The position numbers and the translations under genes are program-made. This document shows, piece by piece, positions 56,922 through 64,000 of a stretch of 64,000 nucleotides of DNA. Origin of the DNA: an uncultured Thermoprotei archaeon. Lineage in GTDB: Archaea > Thermoproteota > Thermoprotei > Thermofilales > B15-G2. Below the pieces are notes generated by a model. It searched no databases. It was not told where the DNA came from and was given only the letters and a program-made list of their open reading frames with translations. The stretch lies in NCBI GenBank assembly GCA_965367815.1, contig CBDUKN010000010.1:18193-82192 (forward strand), written 5' to 3'. Each line of letters starts with the position of its first letter. The first letter of the stretch is position 1.

Positions 56922-58181
56922 GTGGAAGAATATAATCCATGGTGGCTAAATGAACCTGATCCTTTTTACGAGAAGTGGGCTGAGTCTAAAGTAAAGTGGA
57001 TTCCAAGTGTCATAGAAGAGTTTTCTTTTGAGCCCTATGCACTTCACTTTTTTATAGGCCCTAGACAGGTAGGAAAAACTACTACACTTAAAATAATAAT
57101 CCATAACTTGCTTAAGACAAGGGATCCTCGCTCAATTTTCTACTATTCGTGCGACGAACTTTTAGACTATAGAGAGCTAGGAGAAATACTAGATAATTAC
57201 TTGTCTGCTAGAAGAGAGTGGGGAATAGAGAGCTCTATTATCTTTTTAGATGAAATAACTTTCGTAAATGAGTGGTATAGAGCTCTTAAGTCGCGCATAG
57301 ATAGAGGCCTTTTCTCAAAAGACGTTATTGTAGTAACTGGTTCTGCTAGTCTGGAGCTAATGGCGGGTAAAGAACGTTTTCCTGGAAGAAGAGGGTTCGG
57401 AAAAGATATCTACATGATGCCTCTATCTTTCCGCGAATATCTGTTGAATTTCAGTAAACTAGAAATTCAGGGAGCAAAAATAGATAATTTAAATGAGTTA
57501 ATGAAGAAAATAAAAGCTAATACATTATTCTCAAAAACTATAAGCATTTTCTTTGAGAAATACCTCAAGACAGGAGGTTTTCCGATTCCTATTAAAGAGT
57601 ATTTTGAGAGAGGCAAAGTAACACATGTTTCGCAGAAAACCTACTTAGATTGGCTTAAAGCAGACTGGATTAAGGCAGGAAAAAGCGAAAACTACATGAA
57701 AGAAATAATATCTTACTTACTTGAAGCGGGAACAGTTCCAGTAAGCTGGCACACAATATCCAAAAATACTTCTATTTCATCGCCTCATACTGTCAGAGAA
57801 TACATCGAGCTTCTAGAAAACCTTTTAGTACTAAAAGTGCTCTACTGGACTTCTCCTAGCGGGCAAATAGACTACAGAAAATCAAAGAAAATAATTTTCA
57901 TCGACCCATTCCTGTATCAAATATTCTCTTCTTACACGAAAGTAGAAGTAAATGAAACGGTAGTTGTAGAAGCGACTGTAGCAGCTCACTTAGCTAGAGT
58001 AAAGTCAGTCTACTACTGGAAAAATAAAACTGAAGTCGACGTAGTTATACTGGACGGTAAGCCATTAGGCTTCGAAGTAAAGTGGACAAGAAGACCTAAG
58101 TTTGGCCGTAAACCTATACAAACTTATGTTCTAGGCAAGAACCAAATACCACTTTTTTTAGCTTCTCTCATAACCCAGTAG
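56922..58181 (+). CDS. AAA+ ATPase (AAA_14 + DUF4143 family)
   Basis: 'EEYNPWW', GPRQVGKT, FLDEI, VTGS, GGFP, 'EVDVV...GFEVKW'. Start placed at GTG 56922. Confidence 0.9.
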   Translation: MEEYNPWWLNEPDPFYEKWAESKVKWIPSVIEEFSFEPYALHFFIGPRQVGKTTTLKIIIHNLLKTRDPRSIFYYSCDELLDYRELGEILDNYLSARREWGIESSIIFLDEITFVNEWYRALKSRIDRGLFSKDVIVVTGSASLELMAGKERFPGRRGFGKDIYMMPLSFREYLLNFSKLEIQGAKIDNLNELMKKIKANTLFSKTISIFFEKYLKTGGFPIPIKEYFERGKVTHVSQKTYLDWLKADWIKAGKSENYMKEIISYLLEAGTVPVSWHTISKNTSISSPHTVREYIELLENLLVLKVLYWTSPSGQIDYRKSKKIIFIDPFLYQIFSSYTKVEVNETVVVEATVAAHLARVKSVYYWKNKTEVDVVILDGKPLGFEVKWTRRPKFGRKPIQTYVLGKNQIPLFLASLITQ

Positions 58182-58189
58182 GTATTAAA

Positions 58190-59782
58190 TTGGACCCCCA
58201 GCTATACTCACGGATGCCTGAAAACACTTGGAGAGTAGTAGACACAGGTCTCCGCTCAGCTGCAGAAAACATGGCGCTAGACGAAGTAATTTTAAGAGCA
58301 GTAGCTGAAAACAAGGCTCCAAACACAATAAGATTTCTTAGATTCTCTAAACCCTGCGTACTTGTAGGCTATCACCAAGACGTAGAGCAAGAAGTAAGAC
58401 TAGACTACTGCCTCAGCAAGGGCATTGAAATAAATAGAAGGATTACCGGAGGCGGAGCCATATACTTTCATCCACTTCACTTAGGATGGGAAGTAATAGC
58501 TAAGTGGACAAACCCCTTCCCCAAAAGCATAGAAAAGCTCTACGAGTACATATGCAGACCCGTGGTTTCCGCGCTAAGACAACTAGGCTTAAACGCTAAA
58601 TTCAGACCCAAAAACGATATTGAAATAAACGGAAGAAAAATTTCGGGAACAGGAGGCACAAACTACGGAGGCTCTTTCCTGTTCCAAGGAACACTTCTCA
58701 CAGACCTAGATATACGGGAAATGCTCAAGTGCCTTAGAATTCCCGTCAAAAAACTAAGCGACAAAGAAGTAGAATCTCTCAAAGAAAGAGTAACTACCTT
58801 GAAGTGGGAGCTAGGCTATGTTCCAGACTTAAATGAACTCAAAAAACTTATTGTAGAGGAAATGTGTAAGCACTTCAATATAGAGGTATGGGAAGGTGAG
58901 CTAACAGAATACGAGGAAAAACTCTTGGAGGAAAAACTGCCCTACTTCAAGTCAGAGCAGTGGATATACTTAATCAAAGTACCTAAGAAAGGAATTTTCC
59001 ATGCAAGCATAAAAGTTCCAGGCGGACTAATTAGGGCAGCAGTAAGTGTGCGAGAAAAAGTCATTCAGTACACTTACATGACAGGAGACTTCTTTGCTTT
59101 CCCGAGAAACCTGATATATGAAATTGAAAGCAGATTAAAGCATATTCCACTAAACTACAGTGAAATAACTGAAACAGTAGCCAAACTATTCGAAGAAGCC
59201 AACGCAGTAATTCCTGGAGTAAAGCCAGAAGACATAGCTAAAGTAGTATACGAAGCAGCAAGCAAAGTACATTTAATAGACCTAGGTTTTACTGAAGATG
59301 AAGCAAACCAGATAATAGAAGTACTGAAGCCAGCTGAATACACTTTAGCTAGAGCAAACTACTTGCTTCTACCTTACTGCGCTAAACCGCTAGAATGTAG
59401 CTTAAGATACAGCGAAGACTGCGTTAAATGCGGACTCTGCGACTTCGCAGAAATATACGACGTAGCAGAGAAACTAGGATTTAAGCCTATGACAATTACG
59501 AGCTACGAGCACCTCGAAGAAACACTAACCAAGCTTAAAGAAGCAGGCGAAAAAGCCTGGATTGGAAGCTGCTGCGAAGCATTCTACGAGAAACACTTCG
59601 AAGATTTCAAGAGAATAGGACTTCCTGGACTAATAGTGACAACAGAAGGATTCACATGCTACGATTTAAGCCAAGAACATCTAGCGTATCAAGGAAAATA
59701 CGAAGGAGTTTCAAAGCTTAGAACAAACTTAATTATTAAGACTTTAAAAATATCTGCGTCAATTAAGGCTCGTAAAAAGTAG
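58190..59782 (+). CDS. lplA: Lipoate-protein ligase (catalytic plus accessory domain) fused to a DUF116-like Cys-rich domain
   Basis: 'NMALDE', 'RRITGGGAIY', 'KNDIEINGRKISGTG'; accessory 'GGLIR...TGDFF'; C-terminal 'LLPYCAKPLEC...CVKCGLC...GSCCE...TCYD'. Confidence 0.88.
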   Translation: MDPQLYSRMPENTWRVVDTGLRSAAENMALDEVILRAVAENKAPNTIRFLRFSKPCVLVGYHQDVEQEVRLDYCLSKGIEINRRITGGGAIYFHPLHLGWEVIAKWTNPFPKSIEKLYEYICRPVVSALRQLGLNAKFRPKNDIEINGRKISGTGGTNYGGSFLFQGTLLTDLDIREMLKCLRIPVKKLSDKEVESLKERVTTLKWELGYVPDLNELKKLIVEEMCKHFNIEVWEGELTEYEEKLLEEKLPYFKSEQWIYLIKVPKKGIFHASIKVPGGLIRAAVSVREKVIQYTYMTGDFFAFPRNLIYEIESRLKHIPLNYSEITETVAKLFEEANAVIPGVKPEDIAKVVYEAASKVHLIDLGFTEDEANQIIEVLKPAEYTLARANYLLLPYCAKPLECSLRYSEDCVKCGLCDFAEIYDVAEKLGFKPMTITSYEHLEETLTKLKEAGEKAWIGSCCEAFYEKHFEDFKRIGLPGLIVTTEGFTCYDLSQEHLAYQGKYEGVSKLRTNLIIKTLKISASIKARKK

Positions 59783-59846
59783 TTTGTCCTCTCGAAAATT
59801 TCAACAGCATAAATATGAGCTATTTTTACTATATAGTTCCCTTAAG

Positions 59847-60797
59847 CTAATTTAGTTTCTTAAAGAATACTTCTATTTGATTAGGAATATTGGAGTAGTT
59901 TAGTGGATATTCGGGTATTAGCTTTACTAGATATCTAGTATTATAGAATATTTCTATTCCTTTGATAGGTATTTCTTTTGAATATGCTTTTAACCACTTT
60001 AGCTTATATTTTTCTTTAGCTAATCCGCTTATAATGCTCATTTGCTTCAGGTAAAACCATTTCATATAGCTTATATTTAATGGTGCAGCTATACTAGCCG
60101 TGCTGAACGTCCTTAGAACTTTTAGCGAGCAGTCTAGAAATAATATTTTTCTATCGCTAATTTCACCTATTAAGCCGACGTAAGGTAGCGGACCTTCTAT
60201 AATAATAGTGTTTACTGCAATAGGGTTTTTACTTGAAGCTATAATTATGTTCTTGGCTGAGCTTAAGGAACATAAGATAAAGTCTCTTTTAACTACCTCT
60301 ACTTTCAATTTAAGTAAGTTTTCGACAGGATAGTATGGAGGCATAGGTTTAGCTATTTTGAGTTGAATTGCTCTTGAAGGAGCGAGACTTTCATTCGAGC
60401 ATACTTCTACGTGTATGTGTGGTATGTGGTGGTATGAAAAGTAGTTTGTTCTAATGTATTTTCCTATAACGTCGCCTACATGTATTTTATCTCCGGGCTT
60501 TACTAGAGGCTCAGCGTGCATTATTTTTATTCTAGTTTTTGATCTCTTTTTAGGTTTTATTGATATTATGTAGTCTTTTTTAGAGTATTTTCCTATGCCG
60601 CTGTCTACTTCAATAATTTTGTCGACTATTCCTGTGACTGGTGAAAGTGCCTCTGCTCCGAAGTCGAAGCTTGTGGAAATATCTACTGCAGCGCACTTTA
60701 AGTGAGGCGCGTAGGGACTTGAGAAAAAGCTATTTACTGCGCCGGTGAAGCTGTAGATTTCTATCCCTTTTGCCTCAGCTATGAGTAGAGGCTTCAC
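59847..60797 (-). CDS. Archaeal M23-peptidase-like metalloprotein
   Basis: 'SPYAPH...AVD', 'SPVTG', 'IMHAEPLVKPGDKIHVGDVIG', 'PHIHVE' (HxH); no signal peptide; starts 2 nt after the lipS2 stop. Confidence 0.7.
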   Translation of the reverse strand: MKPLLIAEAKGIEIYSFTGAVNSFFSSPYAPHLKCAAVDISTSFDFGAEALSPVTGIVDKIIEVDSGIGKYSKKDYIISIKPKKRSKTRIKIMHAEPLVKPGDKIHVGDVIGKYIRTNYFSYHHIPHIHVEVCSNESLAPSRAIQLKIAKPMPPYYPVENLLKLKVEVVKRDFILCSLSSAKNIIIASSKNPIAVNTIIIEGPLPYVGLIGEISDRKILFLDCSLKVLRTFSTASIAAPLNISYMKWFYLKQMSIISGLAKEKYKLKWLKAYSKEIPIKGIEIFYNTRYLVKLIPEYPLNYSNIPNQIEVFFKKLN

Positions 60798-60799
60798 GT

Positions 60800-61888
60800 T
60801 TACTTGAAGTTTTCTTTAAGATATTTTACTAGAGCTTCGAGTGTGTTCTGTGGAGGAGAATATGTCCACAGCTGTTTCTTTATTTCAACTATTTCTTCTT
60901 CGCTTGGTCTGAAGGGGAAGTTTCGAGGAAACTCGCTCGGTCTCTCATTAGCATACGGTCTATTGCAGCCTGGGCACCCTGAAGTAACAAATGGGTATCT
61001 GCTTTCGATAATGTCTTCTAAGAGCCCTTTAGGTACTCCGAAGTCTACTATTTGTCCTACATTATTGAACTTCATGTTTTCGGCGTAGCTGATCTCGCAG
61101 TCTATTAAATAACGAGCCAGCTGTACTCTTCTGTACTGGCTTATAGGAGGTCTAGGCCATTTTTCTAGAACAGAGCCTTCTTCAGGATAAAATGAAAAGA
61201 GATGTGTCTCAGCACCCATATTGTGAGCTTTCTGTATGAGCTCTACTGCTTCTTTTTCGGTTTCACCTAAGCCTACTATTAAGTGTATTCCTACTTTCCC
61301 TTTGCCCATGACTTCAACTGCTTCTTCTACTCCCTTAAGGTATCTCTCCCATCTGTGAGGCCCTCTAGCACTTTTGCCTCGGAGAAGATCGAAGATCGTG
61401 GGTGTAGCACAGTCTATTGCTATTCCAATTCTCTCGGCACCCGCCTCTCTAAGCTTCATCATTTCTTCTCGCTTAAAGAGTGTTGGAGTTATTAGAGCTG
61501 ATATAGGCATACCTACTTCACGGTACACTCTCCTAATTACCTCTATTTCGGCTTCAACTGCCTTAGGATTAGTTATAGTTGCTACACAAACTCTATAGGG
61601 TCTAAAAGAGCAGCCTGACTGAAGGAATTTCTTTAGAGAAACTATTACGTCGTCTAGTTTCCGTAGAGGCCACTCTACTCTAATCAGTGTTTTACAGACA
61701 GCATCCTTAGCTACTTCTCTTGCTTGACCACAGTAAAGGCAGTTTGCTTTACATCCATCCCTAAAGTATAGGAGGAGATTTATGCAGTATGGTTGAGCAT
61801 ACCTGTAGAACTTACCTGGAGAAAATCCAAGAATTATGTCGGCAGCAGTACTCGTCCTTACGTAGTCCGGGGACTCGCCCTCAGGCAT
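60800..61888 (-). CDS. lipS2: Radical SAM lipoyl synthase component LipS2
   Basis: CKANCLYC (CX3CX2C) and 'TSGCPGCNRP', matching the TxGCPxC(N/D)RP motif of T. kodakarensis LipS2; near a ligase. Confidence 0.85.
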   Translation of the reverse strand: MPEGESPDYVRTSTAADIILGFSPGKFYRYAQPYCINLLLYFRDGCKANCLYCGQAREVAKDAVCKTLIRVEWPLRKLDDVIVSLKKFLQSGCSFRPYRVCVATITNPKAVEAEIEVIRRVYREVGMPISALITPTLFKREEMMKLREAGAERIGIAIDCATPTIFDLLRGKSARGPHRWERYLKGVEEAVEVMGKGKVGIHLIVGLGETEKEAVELIQKAHNMGAETHLFSFYPEEGSVLEKWPRPPISQYRRVQLARYLIDCEISYAENMKFNNVGQIVDFGVPKGLLEDIIESRYPFVTSGCPGCNRPYANERPSEFPRNFPFRPSEEEIVEIKKQLWTYSPPQNTLEALVKYLKENFK

Positions 61889-61944
61889 AAGCTTCCTTGA
61901 ATACTGCAGTTAACAATATAAAAAAGTAATCGGCGGAAAGGCAA

Positions 61945-61958
61945 GATATCTAGATATC
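61945..61958. promoter_or_regulatory. Perfect palindrome GATATCTAGATATC (putative RHH operator)
   Basis: Immediately 5' of TTATATA (61960-66), about 30 nt before the RHH gene start. Confidence 0.5.
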
Positions 61959-61987
61959 ATTATATACTAGCTTTCATCTCTTACTCT

Positions 61988-62386
61988 GTGGGTAAAAGAA
62001 ATGTTTTCTTAAGAAATATTGATGAAAAAGTATATCTTGAAGTAAAGGCGAGAGCTGCTCTACTCGGTATAACCGTCAGCGAAGCCGTCAATATGGCTTT
62101 ACGGGAATGGCTCAAAAAGCCTATTACTAAAATAGAAGTTAAAAAAGATGATTTGAGAGACCTAGCAGAAAAACTGGCTAATGAGTACTATGAGGAAGGA
62201 AAGCGAGGTTATATAGTAGTAGTTAGCGAAAAAGAGCACTATTTGTGCGATACTATAGAAGAGTGTATAGATTTAATTAAAAAACTTTATAGTGAAAAGA
62301 AAATTAAAAGAAGTATTATTCGTGAAATAAAACCTAAGGCTTTAAAATTTGTAGAATTAGGCGGTGGTGGTATTGAAATTATTTGA
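61988..62386 (+). CDS. RHH DNA-binding protein with a DUF5678-like C-terminal domain
   Basis: 'VFLRNIDEKVYLEVKARAALLGITVSEAVNMALREW' RHH; second domain 'RGYIVVV...CDTIEEC'. Confidence 0.7.
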   Translation: MGKRNVFLRNIDEKVYLEVKARAALLGITVSEAVNMALREWLKKPITKIEVKKDDLRDLAEKLANEYYEEGKRGYIVVVSEKEHYLCDTIEECIDLIKKLYSEKKIKRSIIREIKPKALKFVELGGGGIEII

Positions 62387-62768
62387 ACACTATGATACTT
62401 CTTCTACACCGCCAACTCCTGTCTTAATTATCACTATAGTGAATCCTGTAAATAACGTGCAAACGAAAATAAGAGCTTACATTGACACAGGATTTAGCGA
62501 AACACTACTTTTACCAGAAGAGTATTATGAAAAACTGTATTTAATGCTTACAGAAGTAGATGAAGACTACTATGTTATACATGGAGGAATTTTTCCTGCA
62601 CGATTAAAGACAGCAATTGTTTACATTGAGTTAAATGGCTTTAAAAAGCTTATTAAAGCATATATACACCCCTATTTAAAGAAACCACTTTTAGGTAGAA
62701 GTATTCTCAACAAGTTTTATCTTTATCTCAAGGGACCGGAGAAAACTATGGAAATAGAAATACCTTAA
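62364..62768 (+). CDS. Clan AA (retropepsin-like) aspartic protease
   Basis: 'AYIDTGF' catalytic motif and 'PLLGRSIL'. Confidence 0.87.
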   Translation: MVVLKLFEHYDTSSTPPTPVLIITIVNPVNNVQTKIRAYIDTGFSETLLLPEEYYEKLYLMLTEVDEDYYVIHGGIFPARLKTAIVYIELNGFKKLIKAYIHPYLKKPLLGRSILNKFYLYLKGPEKTMEIEIP

Positions 62769-63652
62769 TGCGGCTTCGAGTAAAATGCTATTGACGCACA
62801 GCACTCGTAGTGTACTTTAAACTTCATATCCTTAGATACTATGTAGTTTAATGCGTCTTCGCTCGGAAAAGCTATTCCATCGAAGCCTAAGTCTACTGCC
62901 TTGTACTCTATTTCTCTGAACTGTCTAGGCTTCATACAGCCTAGCGACATAGGTGCGGATACTTTTCTTCTAGCGTACTCCATTACTTTTAAAACGTAGT
63001 CTACCGGAGGCGGCTGAGCGTTCTCAAGAGGTGTCCCTGGGTAAGGAGTAAACACTACTATTACAAGAGCACTACACCCAGTAGATGCTACTACGTCTAC
63101 TGACTTGAATTCTCCACTAGGTTTTCCTTCATTTAAGCCTACTACTATATGAGGCGCTACTGGTACACCGCAGTCTACTAAGTATTTTAGTCCCCTCCAG
63201 TAGTCTCTAGGACTATGATTAAGATTAAGCACTCTCCTTATGGCTTCTTCAGAAGAAACAACATCGTACAAAACCATATCGACGCCAGCTTTTTTAAGCA
63301 ACTTTGCTCTCTTCTCGTCAACTAGCCCTGAGTGAATAAATACTCGGAGACCCATTTTCTTGAGCTCTCTAATAGCGTCTAAGAAGTCTTCGAAAGGCAC
63401 TCTACCTTCCTCATCACTACCTCCACTTACTAGCAGCCCCTTTAAGCCCTTTTCCCTAAATTTCCTCCCAAGCTTGAGAAGCTTCTCGGGAGTCTCAGCA
63501 GGCTTCATGCGCTCCAATATTCGTGCATAGCAGTGCTTACACATCAACTTACACTTAGATCCAGTAATAGATACTGCAGGGAAATCCTTTCCCTCAATAC
63601 CGTACTCTGGTAGCGAGTACTTAATAACACTTGTAGCAAATACATGAATCAC
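62765..63652 (-). CDS. lipS1: Radical SAM lipoyl synthase component LipS1
   Basis: 'SITGSKCKLMCKHC', 'LGCMKP' (GC(M/A)R-like) and a C-terminal 'ECC' motif, as in T. kodakarensis LipS1. Confidence 0.83.
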   Translation of the reverse strand: MIHVFATSVIKYSLPEYGIEGKDFPAVSITGSKCKLMCKHCYARILERMKPAETPEKLLKLGRKFREKGLKGLLVSGGSDEEGRVPFEDFLDAIRELKKMGLRVFIHSGLVDEKRAKLLKKAGVDMVLYDVVSSEEAIRRVLNLNHSPRDYWRGLKYLVDCGVPVAPHIVVGLNEGKPSGEFKSVDVVASTGCSALVIVVFTPYPGTPLENAQPPPVDYVLKVMEYARRKVSAPMSLGCMKPRQFREIEYKAVDLGFDGIAFPSEDALNYIVSKDMKFKVHYECCASIAFYSKPH

Positions 63653-63932
63653 TAGAACTTCCTAAGTAAAAACACATAAATTTTTACCTCCTATACCCCC
63701 CTAGCAAAATATTGAAACATGTAGGCGTTTGGCACGAAAATATTGTAAGCTTACAAAGACTTAATATTTTTTCCTCAAAAATTAAAAATCTTTATTTAAA
63801 AGAAAAGAAAAATATATACAGCAATTTTCCTTGATACATTTTGTGAATCAAAACAATAGATATGTGAGGTACGTAGTTCTTGCTCTAATTATTTCTGCTG
63901 CATTAATATTCTGTTTCGCGTACTTTCAATAT

Positions 63933-64000
63933 CTGTCTCTTATACACATCTGACGCTGCCGACGAATTAGACGGTGTAGATCTCGGTGGTCGCCGTATCA
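63933..64000 (+). other. Illumina Nextera adapter read-through (technical contaminant)
   Basis: CTGTCTCTTATACACATCT (mosaic end) + GACGCTGCCGACGA + 8-nt index ATTAGACG + GTGTAGATCTCGGTGGTCGCCGTATCA (P5 reverse complement). Confidence 0.99.

Noticed and set aside
60800-63652. Radical SAM genes as biotin synthase BioB or RiPP maturases
   Set aside because: LipS1/S2-specific Cys motifs and the adjacent lipoate ligase fit better; no bio genes or precursor peptide nearby.
63933-63951. Tn5 mosaic end as evidence of a transposon
   Set aside because: It is followed by the Illumina index and P5 sequence, so it is a library adapter.

Overview
Archaeal contig end, most likely from a Thermoproteota (Thermofilales-like) hyperthermophile. 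This is inferred from GGTGA Shine-Dalgarno motifs, a PaREP1 gene, C-terminally anchored Opp-type binding proteins and box C/D guide RNAs. No rRNA, tRNA, CRISPR array or intact transposase was seen. Contents in order: a partial HerA-like ATPase followed by a kleisin plus a KITE (ScpB/Nse1-Nse3-like) gene pair; tungstate ABC transporter with a ModE-type regulator; Lhr helicase; a ~5 kb island bounded by degenerate direct repeats; a valS copy whose N-terminus is fused in frame to the C-terminal half (HIGH motif and editing domain missing); ABC transporters; four glycosidases; two box C/D sRNAs; hypA plus a Mrp-type ATPase; many toxin-antitoxin modules and pseudogenes; and a LipS1/LipS2 lipoate-assembly locus. 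That locus carries two unexplained accessories, a DUF116-like Cys-rich domain fused to the ligase and an M23-like metalloprotein coupled to lipS2. The last 68 nt are untrimmed Illumina Nextera adapter. All family calls come from motif recognition by eye; no searches were run.
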